The notes below the pieces were generated by a model. That model did not search any database, had not been told where the DNA came from, and worked only from the letters and a program-made list of their open reading frames with translations. A DNA stretch of 63,180 bases, filler included, from Octopus bimaculoides (Eukaryota), in assembly GCF_001194135.2 (NCBI RefSeq). It is 4 parts of 4 records of this genome, joined end to end, with 100 filler letters (N's around TTAATTAATTAA, not from the genome) between each part and the next. Parts side by side here need not be neighbours in the genome. Positions count along the whole stretch, not along the records: positions 18,576 to 36,925 come from NC_068994.1; positions 37,026 to 53,524 come from NC_068988.1; 2 more parts are not named here. The stretch is one strand, 5' to 3'. This document shows, one piece after another, positions 24,872-37,993 of this stretch. Position 1 is the first letter of the stretch, and each line of letters begins with the position of its first letter. The translations under genes and the position numbers were made by a program.

Positions 24872-25289
24872 TTACATGAAGCTTTTCTCTGTTGTAAACA
24901 TTTGGTGTACATTAATTTAAGTCGCTTATAAACCAACTACTATAAGTAACGAACATCTGACTTTTTTTAACTTCAAGAATTTTTTATAATTTAGTCATTT
25001 CCTTTACTTTTCTGAACATCGATTCCTGACATTCCTTTATCAAGTCGTGTTTTATTATTGATTTTCATTATTACGTGCAATGGAATGCTTTAGATAACCC
25101 ACTTATCGTTTTATGTGATAAGAAACCAGAAGCTTCATTTTAAGAAGCCTATACTATAGATTTACCTGTGCCTCTTTTGACTTAGGATCGCGAAAATACA
25201 AAATACATTGTTCGTGTCAACGTTTCAATGTTTCGTCATGTCTTGCTATGCTTCTCCAGTCCCTGTCTTCGCGTTATACTCCACAATGT

Positions 25290-26050
25290 TGTTAGTCAAA
25301 ATGTGAAATATCCTGGTCGATTCTTGTTGCAACAATATTAATTCTACACCGCATCACTGGCACCTCATCAGACAGAAAACTTGCTGGTCTGTGAAATACA
25401 ATTTTATTCATTTCATATAATTGCTTGATCGCAGAAATATTGCACACTTCAAGCCTAGTTACTTTGTCATAAAGTACAATTTCAATATCTAGATTTGAAT
25501 TAATGAACAAAGCATAAGTTGACAGATATTCCTTTAGTTTTGTCAACTGTTTCCAATGACAAACTGATGTTATTCCTTCAAACAAATATATTTAGCGAAA
25601 TACAAAGCATAATTTTTTTCTGCCACCTATCAAGGAACTAAGCAATATATTTCACTGAATTTATTGTTATTTATTTTAAATATATAAATACACCATATAG
25701 AAAAACCTTGATCAGGATTTGACGAATTGCCTTCTTGAAAGTTCTCACACTCATGCACCGTATGTATCAAAACTTTAATGGTAATGACAAGCTCTTCTCC
25801 ACTAGCTTTTGTACCCGGACCAAATGCAATTTTCCAACCAAAATGACGCTTCAAAACGTCTAATATCCAAGTTTCTCACTTCTGGCCGTAACGAATTCTT
25901 CACTAAATATCGTATTACATTGATTGTATTCCAGTTTCCAAAACCTACATAAACATTTCTTACAGAGTAACGTTCATGACCCCATGAATTTTCGGTGTTG
26001 CAGTTTCTACAATTTTGTTAAACTATTCGGCTATCATGAAAATTACTTCT
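25290..26050 (-). mobile_element. Possible decayed hAT (DUF4371/ZMYM1-like) transposase relic
   Basis: VGFGNW, ILDVLKRHFGWKIAF and SFLSDE...GVELIL loosely follow the hAT order GF.NW / .LD..KF...Q.IAFRG / SI.ADE..D.S..EQL. The match is weak and split across frames. Confidence 0.3.
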
Positions 26051-26399
26051 TTCTGTGCTTCATGGCTTCTGCTTCTTTTGAATTCAACATAGTGAATCAA
26101 TATTTTTCCCAATAAAACCTCAGAAAGCTATCTATAGCATTTCAAATTGATCTTCGTAAATATTTCGCTATGAACACGGGACGCCAATATGGCAACTATA
26201 CTACTAAAGTTGTACATATCGAACGGAAGAAATGAGGGTGATATAAGCTAGTGACGTACAAAAGCAGTATTAGAAAATCCATGTATATCATGATTATTTT
26301 CTATAAACAAAATTAATTATTACAAAATTTTAAGCAACGTTAACTTCTCTTGTGCGCTTTTTGCAAAACGTCTACACGTGGGACAACGTCCACAGTTAA

Positions 26400-26800
26400 C
26401 TGATATGAGTGACCGATAAAAATTGTATCCTGTTGCCACACATTGCTTTTCAGTAGCAACCACCTCTAGCCAAGGATTGACAACAACAGACTTCAGCAAC
26501 TTCACATAGCCGTCTGAATTGAACCTAAAGCACTGCGTAAAGATTTGCCGAGGTTTTCTGGCATGTGGACGCAGTAAGAACGCCCTGTGTATCCCCTTCT
26601 TGCTGGCGACAGCATCGTTGACTCCGTTGCAGCTGTCCCTGTTACGTTTTGCAGCAGTTACAATGCTTACAGCTCATTGAATAGCAGTAATACTGGCATT
26701 GTGATATCCGGTGCGAATCATCCTGACACAAGTATCGCTTTTCCGGAATTTAAAGGGTCTCCAGTCCTCCATGTCCGCTAACGTTCTCTCAACTACAATT
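26400..26800 (-). mobile_element. Tc1/mariner transposase relic, internally deleted, related to 10098-10447
   Basis: N-terminus MEDWRPFKFRKSDTCVRMIRTG..., then IFTQCFRFNSDGYVKLLKSVV.NPWLEVVA and, after a frameshift, NVWQQDT (26425-26446). Confidence 0.7.
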
Positions 26801-28480
26801 TTAATCTTTATGCTTTCAACCGCCGTTGACTCATCACCAATACATGAAGCAGATCCTAGAAAAAGAAAGAGACAAAGATCGTCAAAAGTAGCCGAAAACA
26901 ATGAGTGTAACTATACACACATACACACTCACATATATGCGGCTGTGTATCGGATAAATTGAATGTTAAGAATATAAAAATCATTTTTTAATTTGTATTA
27001 ACCTAAAATAGCTAATCAGATAATTATTTTTCTAATATGCTGTTGAGTGAGCCGTATTGTAAATATATTGAACTGGGAGTAAATATATGGAGAAAAAGGT
27101 TCCTTATACTTCAGAAACTTTTACAGTTGCTTACAAGACGACTAGAAATATATTATTGGTATGCCGCGTGAAAATAAATCAATTTCTTTTGTATCTATAT
27201 CAAATGTTGACCTAGACGGAATTATCCAATTTTTTCGATCTATTTTTTTCTATTTTTCGCGTTCTTTTTTTTTTTTTTTTTGGTTTTTGTCTTTTACTAA
27301 AAAGACAAAGTCGACATCAGAGTGTTGTGCTGCATTAGCAAATGATTGAGAGAGCGACAATGCACGTTTGTAATAATATAATAATATAAAGCATGATGGT
27401 AATAATATAAATAACAGATAATTAAAATGGACGATGTAGATGGAATATATATTTCTATACAAAACGAATCCAACAGGATTGCTTTCAGGAAAGCGACAAT
27501 CATTTCCAGACAATTTGCTTCGATGATCAAATAGTCGGTATATATTCAAAGGAATCGTTGTCTGCGTGACTAGATATTGGCATTATGCGATGAAATCGAT
27601 TTGTTCATGACAGAGAGGTTACAGACACTCCACGAAATACGATATCACGGTTTGATTCTCCTCACTTATTACATTTGCACTGCATCTATTTTATAAATAC
27701 GTTTTTCGACTTCGTAATGAACGTGGTAATACAAATTATGGCGTATATTTGATTTACATCTGTTTTCACGAAAGCATTATCGTTTTGAAATTGGAATTGA
27801 TAATTTATATATATANNNNNNNNNNNNNNNNNNNNNNNNNNNNNNNNNNNNNNNNNNNNNNNNNNNNNNNNNNNNNNNNNNNNNNNNNNNNNNNNNNNNN
27901 NNNNNNNNNNNNNNNNNNNNNNNNNNNNNNNNNNNNNNNNNNNNNNNNNNNNNNNNNNNNNNNNNNNNNNNNNNNNNNNNNNNNNNNNNNNNNNNNNNNN
28001 NNNNNNNNNNNNNNNNNNNNNNNNNNNNNNNNNNNNNNNNNNNNNNNNNNNNNNNNNNNNNNNNNNNNNNNNNNNNNNNNNNNNNNNNNNNNNNNNNNNN
28101 NNNNNNNNNNNNNNNNNNNNNNNNNNNNNNNNNNNNNNNNNNNNNNNNNNNNNNNNNNNNNNNNNNNNNNNNNNNNNNNNNNNNNNNNNNNNNNNNNNNN
28201 NNNNNNNNNNNNNNNNNNNNNNNNNNNNNNNNNNNNNNNNNNNNNNNNNNNNNNNNNNNNNNNNNNNNNNNNNNNNNNNNNNNNNNNNNNNNNNNNNNNN
28301 NNNNNNNNNNNNNNNNNNNNNNNNNNNNNNNNNNNNNNNNNNNNNNNNNNNNNNNNNNNNNNNNNNNNNNNNNNNNNNNNNNNNNNNNNTATATATATAT
28401 ATATATATATATATACAAGTATCTATCTGTTTGTCTATCTAGCTGTCAATCTCCCTTTCTCTCTTACCTTATATGTACAA

Positions 28481-28740
28481 AGGTGCAGGCATGGCTATAT
28501 GGCAAGTAGCTTGCTTACCAACCACATGATTCCGGGTTCAGTCCTACTGTGCGGTGCCTTCTACTAAAGCCTCGGGCCGACTAAAACCTTGTGAGTGGAT
28601 TTGTTTGACAGAAACTGAAAGCTTTGCCTTTCATCCTTTCAGGGTCCATAAATTAAGTACCAGTTGCATATTGGGATCGATCTAATCGACTGGGCCCCTC
28701 CACCAAAAATGTTTAGCCTTGTGCCTGGAGTAGAAAAGAA
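28481..28740 (+). mobile_element. Chimeric SINE: family B 5' half joined to family A 3' half
   Basis: B head and body end at GACAGAAACTGAAA (28620), immediately followed by GCTTTGCCTTTCATCCTTTC...AATTAAGTACCAG...GTGCCTGGAGTAGAAAAG of family A. Confidence 0.8.
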
Positions 28741-29666
28741 TATATTCGTCTATCTTCACGATGTTAAGCGGAAGTATACAAGTTTAGGGGTCGTTTCGCT
28801 GTTAAAATATAAGCGATCTTTGACAAAATCTTTTTTTTTTCTTACGTTAAAGTGTGTAGTTTTGACTAAGTTAATGTAACTAAAATTCGTGGAATTAATA
28901 GGGTAAACTCAGCTTGGATATAGCAAACGTCTTGTGGAGGTGATGTGTCTTTAATCTCAAATTTGTTTAAAGAGAGTGAATCACCAAATTGACAATACCA
29001 TCAGCTTAAAGTACCTCGGAGTGTTGAATCCCTCCTACATAAGGAAATTAACTTGAGAGACTTGCTGAGCATTTTAAGTTGTAGCACAGTATCTCGAAAA
29101 AGCTGGATCGAGAAAATAGAATTTTTGTTTCTTTTGTTCATGAAATATCGTTTAAGAAAATAGTATGATCTTCTGAATTCTTATTAGGATCACGGATCAG
29201 TGTGCGGTTTAAAAAGTCGATTTAGAAAGGTCTTAGCCGAGCCTAGCTGATAGGCATATGCAAGACATGACAGTAGAGTTGCTGTTGCCTGTGGCAAAAT
29301 ATATTTGTTATTTTCACATAGATTTTACCGCAAGAGAATAGGAAGTGTTTTGTTTCTCTTACAAGTATGAGAAACTGAGAAAAGAGAAATATCTGCCTGG
29401 GTTGAAAGTTTGGAACAATAAGGATTATCTGATATCAGCTAGAAATTGTTTTTTGTAAAAGTTTCGTGTATTTTTGCTTGAGATTTTGCGATATATGTGA
29501 ATGTGTGGGAAGTGTTTTTGAAATAGTTTAATAAACATGAATAGATCGAGTTATTTTATATAGCAACCTATTTATCTTTTGAGATCACACTTTGTTTTTC
29601 GTTTCTCTTCTTTTCTCCGCTCTGTTCATGTTTATGTAAGTGTGTGTATATAAATATAGGTGCATG

Positions 29667-29710
<44 letters not shown>

Positions 29711-32166
29711 TGTGAGTGTCTGTGTGTTTCTCTATGTGTGTGCATGTTTATGCATATGTGTGTGAGTGTGCAATGAGAATGTTGTTTATGTATGCATAGA
29801 TACATATATAGATATAAAAATAGAATAGGTTGTTGCTAAATTTTGTTTAGAATCCTATAGGAGTAACTGCCGTAGTATTTTACGCGGATACCATTTTAAA
29901 GGATTTTTTTTCCCCAGAGGCGTTTTCGGTTTTAGACATGATAATTACATTTTTATAGATGCTTAGATGTTGTGGAACACTATAGAATTTTTCCCTGTTC
30001 GAGTAAAAAAATAAAAGCGAATGTTAACATTCATGATATATGTGAATTATATACAGAAGGTGACATACTCATGGCACTTTTTCAGAATTAAATTTGCCTA
30101 TGATATACTAATCTATATACGTTTCGGCGTTTGTTTGAAATGTGGAAGAGATTAGATTTTGACTGTACCATTATCAAATATCCCGATTAAGATAACAGAT
30201 TTACTTGACACTTAGGAATCATTTACAGGAAGATCATACTTATTTCTTTCAATGTTTATTTACCAAACTAAATCTCGCGATCTAAAATCTACCTATCTAA
30301 CCTATGAGAGTGGAAAATATTAAATTATTCAAATGGAGGGCAAATATAGGAAAATGTTATCGTTTACTTCAACAAACTACAAACTGCAAATATCGAAAAA
30401 CCACGATTTAAATGTGTGAAGTGTTTTGTTGTGATTTTAAGTTGAACTATTTAAACTGTTTGTATTTTCTATTTTATTATAGATTTACGATAAAGCATGT
30501 TGTTATGTTATATTATGTTGTGTTTATGTTCAGACTTAAAAGCTGTATTGCTAAATTTTATATGGACATAAATATATTTCTAAAACATTCTCACTTACGC
30601 TTCACATGTACATCAATCACATGCGAACTGTTTATTCTTGTAATGTAAGAGAACCAGAACAAGATGTTTATTGGAAGATATGTGTCAAAAACTTGAAGTA
30701 TCATTCAACCGAGGAAATAGATGCTTGAAGCAAATCTACCTGAAAGCTAGCGTGTTCGATATCGTTCTGAAGAAGCAAGTCTCATTATCATCATGCTTCA
30801 ATGACCATTGTGGTTATCTTCCGTACAGGAATATAGACGATGGTTCTGATCTTTTATGCTTCGATAGACAATTAATGTCACGTTATAACAGTTCCTTTTC
30901 AGCACGTTCTACAGATAGAGAGATGTTACAGTCTCCAGCGGAGCGAAAGAAGTTAAAATAAAGAGACGCAACAGAGGAGCAAGCAAAGGAGAAGAAAGTA
31001 AGAAACGCTTGATAAGGCTTTCACATTTAAGGCCACACATCTTTCAAGTTCTCTTAGTCTCATTAATCTAAGCTTCGCCTCTTTCGTTTCCATAGCAATA
31101 CCATATCTGAAGACAGCATTTCACATATATTGTGTAATTTAAGTCATTTTCTTGTGTTTTTAATATTGATAATCTCTATTACACCTTTATTGAAGTCTTT
31201 ATCATCAATATAACATTTAAATAAATAATTGCTTTTCTCTGCTTACGCCGTCAGTTTTTACACATCTAATATATTTTCCGATACGTATCTAGTGGAGTAG
31301 GTGAGTGTTACCTCTAGTACTAAACGATTTGACCACAATCCTTCATAGTTCATATTTTATCGACCATAGGATGCTTGTGGTTAGGCATGAAATATAACAG
31401 AGAAAGGCAACATACTGTAAATACACTTGCAGTATTCAAATATTGTTAACGGACGTTGGATACAACAAAATGGTTGCAGCTTAAAAACAAATATCGGATG
31501 GATAACTCGGTTTACCGAAAACTTAATGCTGCGAAACACACCTTCAGATAAGATTTTCATAAGTAACCATAAAGTTTGTGGTATTAAGAGAATCGAACAT
31601 TCTCAAGGGTATAAGCGGCATGAATATAGATACGGACTTTCATATGAGGATACAAATAGACTGGTAGCGAAGATCGACAGTATAATATTAGTTTCTTACG
31701 GTTGACCCTTACCAAAACCGAATGTTTAATACTGTAATTATCATTCTTTTCTCTTTAAATGTTCCATAGAATAGAATGCCAAGTAAATACTTGTAAAACA
31801 AAACAAGTTTTATGTTTAAATAAGTTAAATAAGGATTTTTTTTTTTACACCGCATCATGAAAATATCTTTAATTGAAATAATGATCAATCTAGTAATCTT
31901 AACTTTGCGCAAATAATATAAGGCGTTCATCCTGCCATCGATCCCTAAAAAAAAAAAGAGAGTCAGGTAGAGATTTTAAAAAACCATTCTGTGGATTAGT
32001 CCTTCTGTACCACACCAGATCCCGCCCTGAAGAATTACACAAATACTGTGCTTAAATTCTTATTGTCATTTAAGCTACGGCGAGTTTTTACAATATGTAA
32101 ATGTCAGTTCTGACTTAGGATTTGCTACACACATGCATACACACATTCTGGATACACATACACACT

Positions 32167-32215
<49 letters not shown>

Positions 32216-33479
32216 TGCTTCTTCTTATCTTGCAGGTAACACCCCACCACATCTTCATCATTCATTCTCTTTCCACCTCTTTCTCTTTTATTCCACTATA
32301 ATTAGTCGGGACAGGGACGTATACTTCTGTGCATCGTAAATGCTTCAGTGTTGTTTTACTATCGATACCCTTCAGCTCATTCTTTCTCCGTTCAATCATT
32401 CTCTTTCATGGACTGTTAGTGATGCCTCACTCAGGTGTATTACTTGTACGATGTTTCCGTCTTCAATTTGATTTTAAAATCTTTACCCTGCGAAAGTATT
32501 ATTTCGTGACGGCTTCACTTCTATACTTTCAATTTTGTGACTTTCCAGTCTTCCCAGATATTTATACGTTTTTTTTTTTTTTGCGTCTCATAGTTTTATA
32601 TTATCATTATAAGGTAAACCTATTGCAGTGTTGTGTATAGATTTTAATCTCCATCATTTATTTACCAGTAAAATATAGCAAAAATGCTATTCAACACTCG
32701 AGGGGGCAACTGCTCATTGTCTAAGGTTTCCATGTGTATAAAAAGTGGCACAAATATATTATCAGTGCAATTAATCCGCCAAATTGTTTGCTCTTTATAA
32801 AACACACTTTCCAATTAATTCATTCTTCGATACATCTACAGTTTGAGAAATGCTATACAGCAATATCAGGTCTTTTGCATCTGGATATCATGCGACTTTC
32901 ACAGATCTCTACCAGTGGAGCGTTACAGTTGGTAGAAAGTTCACATTCATATTAAAGACAACATTCTTAAACAATCAATTCGGTGCTAACGAAAACCAAC
33001 TGAAATCTTTTAATCGGCCTTGTGGTTAACAGATTAGGAGTATTACCTGTTCGGAATAAGCTCGCTAGGAACGGGAGTGCCTGCAGTCTGGCCTGCCTGA
33101 GTCGTGATAAATCTATCCGCTATGTATTTGTTTAATTTCTGAATACTGCAGACCTATAAGATCTATATTGATCACGTATTACTGCGTGAAGAACAGAGCC
33201 GACAGTCAACCGATCCTTTTGTTGAGTCGAAAATGTGCGACTTGAGTTTTAAATGTTCCTATTGTTATAGTATCGAGGTGTTGGTGGTGTATGAGTGTGT
33301 ATTGTGTTGCTTTTCTCGGTATCCATCATGTAATGCATGTGTTGTGTGGATTGTATTATTTCATTCGGCTGCTATTGTACAAAGTACGTATTATATGCAG
33401 AGAGGGCAATGATCGAGAAGTATAATTGAATTTTATATTTGATACAAAAGAAAAGAAGTTTAGAAAACAGAGATCTTCT

Positions 33480-35150
33480 TTTTTTTTTCGATTACTTATA
33501 ACACTGTGAACTCTGCTATGGTGAATGTTGTTTATCCATATTTTTGTTATCATATCCAGTACTCTAATTATTATTGATATTGTTGTTATTTCTATGCCCA
33601 TATCCTGTTCACTTCAGTCTGGAGATCATTGGGTTTTTTGACAGTTTTTCCCCCTCCTCCTCCATGTTGAATAGCAATTTTTGTTGGATTTTTTTTTTTT
33701 GTATTTCTTTTTATGGTTCCGAAGGAATCATGATGCCCTTCAACTCGCAGGTATTTTCGTTCCAGTCCTTAATTATTATATCGAGTTGCTTTGATCTCCC
33801 TGTCAGTTTGGATTGTTTTGCCCTTTATAAAAGTGGCCAGCCGTTAAGGTTATCGTGTTTGTTGCTTGTTTATTCTATTTCATTTCCGTTTTGAAGCCAA
33901 AGTTTCACCAAATGCTTCCGTTTTCAAAGTACCTTTTTCTGGATGTTTTTGATGGTATTCCTTGTCTTGTCTTTCTCTTTGCTTCCAGAGTAGTCTCTCT
34001 TTATTGACATTGTATTGTTCGATAATGTTTATCTTTACATTTTGAATACCTATTGGATCCCTCCATTTCCACTTGCTAAATAAGGCTAGTCCTTCCCTTT
34101 TGTCAGTTCTATATATTATATTTTTCCTTCATTCCTGAGTGTAGATTATGGCGGAACTTTTATCTCTGTTACGATCAAGCTCCCTTTTCTGTGATACAAC
34201 CACTGTAGCTGAATAGATCATATTATTCACTCTACCAATTTTCGGTCAATCCGGTACCATGAACACAGGTTCTTGCAAGACCCTATTATATTCATTTATT
34301 ATTTCGTAGAACTGTTTATTCCTTTGTAGCTTGGGAAGTTGTTTACGTGGTTCCTTGATCATCGATTTTACTCTGTTTTCTTCTACTTCCTATATTTTTC
34401 CATTGGGATCCACCTCAACATTAAATCTGATTGATCTGTTGACATGAGTCTCTTTCTTCTGTTTTTGTTAAGCGTGGGGTTCGATGATAAAAGAGTGCGG
34501 TGCCTATCTATCTGGTCGAATATGTCTATAGAGAATGCTATTGTCTTCAATATTCTGGCAGGTTTTCATTTTCCTCTCTTATTTGATTTGCTGTTTTACC
34601 TTATTTGTATCTTGTTTGGCTGGTTCTGATATCTGGTTTGAGTTCTCCTTTACTGCTTGCGTGGTCGGCGAGGCAATACTGCGTTACATTATTTTTGTCT
34701 ATTGTAGCAGATTCTGTTGTAATCTTTTCATTCACTAGTTGCAGACCATTTTTACATGTGGTCAGATGTTTTGATGTTTTGCTGTATTCCAAGGAGAAGT
34801 CTGTCTGTAAGTCCAACTTTTTTCAATGCTATGCATCTCTTTATGGATTTACCTGCGTTTCGCTTCTTCGTTGATTCTGTTATTTTTTTTCTTCTCTGTT
34901 CATTTTCTCCATAGCTAGCGTGTATCTTTTCTAATACTTGCGTGCTTTGGATATCGTATTGCTGTGCAGCATAAATGCAGCACTGCAATGGAATTTTTAT
35001 TGCTGCAGCGTTTTTTTTTCAATTGTGTTGTTGTTTTGGACACTAACATAAAGAGACGAGCCTTTCGGGTTATGCTTAACTTTTTCAGAGTAACTGCAAT
35101 CACGTAACTCATTGTTTATGATACGAAATATTTTTTTCGAGTAGCGATCA
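33480..35150 (-). mobile_element. Old, heavily decayed R4/Dong-clade LINE
   Basis: TIQTDREIKA...DIIIKDWNENTCELKGIMIPSE (33720-33816) and EKLSK..DLQTEVNRIW..EITTISIIIRVLDMITK (33545-33650) parallel the RLE C-terminus of the 53625 copy. The upstream boundary is uncertain. Confidence 0.6.
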
Positions 35151-35391
35151 CAATAAGTTCCATTAAATGCATCAATTTTTTTAGTTGATGATTGGCTTAT
35201 GCCTAGAAATAGTGAAATCGTGTTATTTTTTTTTTTTTTATTTAATAACCAATATTTCTTTTTCGAGTTATCTGATTCGTCGTGTTTTTATTAAAAAGTC
35301 TGTTTCGATTTCTGATGTAGAAAAACCGCCAGCAATTTTGAAAGAGGGGGTTCAGTCACTACTTTCGATTCCAGTACAAGACTAGAACATT

Positions 35392-35510
35392 ATTTTATCA
35401 AACCCAGCGGGATGAAAGCAAACTTGACCCCGGTGGAATTTTAAATCAGAACAAATACCAAATGACATTTTATTCGACGCTTTAACAATACTCTCAATTC
35501 ATCGCCTTTA
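35392..35510 (-). mobile_element. Degenerate SINE family A 5' part
   Basis: GGATGAAAGCAAACTTGACCCCGGTGGAATTT...ATTCATCGCCTT matches the reverse complement of the family A head. Confidence 0.6.
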
Positions 35511-35760
35511 ATAGCATAAATAATAAAATATGTTTCAAACGGAAATCATTTCTGAATCGTTCTCCAAAAGCCCTCTGCTCTTTCGTTCCTTCTTCCGCGC
35601 TGATTTATATAAGAAGTGCACTGTTTAGTTATGTTTTACTCATATTTTATCATATATTTTCTGTGATGTTCATATGTAATATATAGAAATTAATTATCTT
35701 CTTAAGTATCCATGAATCAGATGACCATAGAACATCATTTACAGATCACACATTGCTTAC

Positions 35761-35886
35761 TTTGTCAATCACATTAGGTTCAGTTTGTTGTGCTCGAATG
35801 CTCAGTCCGTTTGAAGTGGGATGTCCTGGACAGTGTTCACACATGGGCGTACACACGTCATTATACGTGCAGTTGTATATACAATT
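35761..35886 (-). CDS. Candidate 126-nt Cys-rich exon (NCIYNCTYNDVCTPMCEHCPGHPTSNGLSIRAQQTEPNVIDK)
   Basis: tgtag|...AAA|gtaagc; only phase 0 is open; unique sequence, more GC-rich than its flanks. The polypyrimidine tract is weak and no homologue is recognised. Confidence 0.35.
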
Positions 35887-36880
35887 CTACAATTCTATAT
35901 ATACACAGGGTTCACTGCTCGCAGAGTAAAACTATGTCACATACATACCTGTACGTACATAATTTGGAAACTATTATCTCTCTTCGTACTAGTGTACCTA
36001 TGAAGCCTCATTCCGTCTAGGTCACTGAACTCCGTCTTTTTAACAAGACTGGCCACAGAACAACTCAATTTTTCTCTTTTCAGAAAGTCTTTATCTCAAA
36101 ATGTCAAACTATTTCCACTTTCTAATCTTTCATTGACAAAAAATACAAATAATTAATTACAGTTTGCATTCTGTGTTATTTACATCGAAAATTGTTAACA
36201 TATATAATGTGTATGTGTGTGTGTTTGTGCGTGTGTGATTGTGTGTGTGTGTGAGTGTGTGTGAGTGTGTGTGAGTATGTGTGTGTGTGTGTGTCTGTGT
36301 GTATTACTGTGTGGCCACGTTTCTGTTTATTTGTATAGCAGCCTAAAATGATTTGTTGTTTATAACCCTCAAGTTAAAATTTCGAGCAACACAGAATCGA
36401 TGCAACAGTGGCAGATTGAATCCCATCCTGGGGCGAGGTGGGGGGCGTTATATAATCAAAAATTTCTTTGAAACAGCGGCCCGGAATGGCCCGACTTCAT
36501 TGACTGAAATATCGAACAGTAAAGAAACATAGGTTGCTAATCGCATACTAATACGTGATTATGTTAATCCCCTTGCTACCAAAGGAAATAATCAGCGTCC
36601 GTACAGATGGTGTCCGTGATACCAAATACACTTGAGTCGCTTTCATTACCATCTTTCTTCCCTATTTACTCCAATTTTTTTTTTCTTGCTTTTCTTTTGG
36701 TTAGTTCCAGAACTACAGCGTCGTATCTAATGTCATTTTCAGATTTTCAATTCTAGACTGAAAATAAAATCACGTTTCAGTTGGTATTGCAGCTAGAAGA
36801 TCACTAATCATTATCTTTATTGACATACGAGAGCAATTAGGTTCACTTGAGATATCAACGTCGACCTTTCACCTTCCTAG

Positions 36881-36925
<45 letters not shown>

Positions 36926-37025
36926 NNNNNNNNNNNNNNNNNNNNNNNNNNNNNNNNNNNNNNNNNNNNTTAATTAATTAANNNNNNNNNNNNNNNNNNN
37001 NNNNNNNNNNNNNNNNNNNNNNNNN
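36926..37025. other. Artificial scaffold spacer (44 N + TTAATTAATTAA + 44 N)
   Basis: Identical structure to 18476-18575. Confidence 0.95.
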
Positions 37026-37056
37026 ATATATATATATATATATACATACACATACA

Positions 37057-37166
37057 ATGGGCTTCTTTCAGTTTTTGTCTACCAAATCCAATCACAAGGC
37101 TTTGGTCGACCCAAAGCTATAGTAGAAGACACTTGCCCAAGGTGCCATGCAGTAGGACTGAACCTG
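37057..37166 (-). mobile_element. SINE family B 5' part
   Basis: GGGCTTCTTTCAG...ACCAAATCC..CACAAGGCTTTGGTCGACCC..GCTATAGTAGAAGACACTTGCCCAAGGTGCC. Confidence 0.85.
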
Positions 37167-37289
37167 GAACCATGTAGTTGGGAAGTTGTACAAATTTTAT
37201 AATTGAAAACTTTACTATATTTTGTACATACTAGTATATCAGCCTGTAGGCACAATAAAATGTTCTAAATAGTGATTTCAATGGTTTCT

Positions 37290-37953
37290 AACATCCCCAC
37301 CACATCTTCAGGATGCAAGTAGTCAATTAATTCAACCCTAGTACTTGATTAGTCTTCATATTTTACCGCATTATAAGAGTAAAAACCAAAGTCAAACTAG
37401 CATCATTTGAATTCAGAATCTAAAAGGGATGTAACTCAGTATCAAATGACACCAACACCAACAATAAATACTCCTTTCTACTATAGGCACAAGTTGTGAC
37501 CAGCAATAAATAATGGTTTCCAAATATGGTGCAATGTCACAAAATTGAGATTTAGGGTCTAACCAGTTCAATGAATGACAGGTAATTATTTAGTTGACCT
37601 TGGAAGGAGGAAAATTTAATGCTTACTCTCGTTGGATTAGAACTCTTGACATGAAAGTACTTAGCTAATTACCACCACACACTCTGCCATTCCATTACCA
37701 AAATAATGATGATAATAATAATTATTATTATTATTATTATCCTCTCTACTATAGACACAAGGTTTGAAATTTGATGGGAAGGGGACTAGTTGATTATATT
37801 GACCCCAGTGTTTAACTGGTACTAAATTTATTGACAGTAAAAGGATAAAAGGCAAAGTCAAGCTCGGCAGAAACTGAATTTGATATGTAAAAATGAACAA
37901 AATGCTGCTAAGCATTTTGCCCAGCAAACTAACGATTCTGCCAGCTTACTGCC

Positions 37954-37993
<40 letters not shown>

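Noticed and set aside
31270-31600. YFIDH, LTDVGYNKMVAA and C..HLQ resembling hAT catalytic motifs
   Set aside because: Similarity is too weak and frame-fragmented to call without a profile search.
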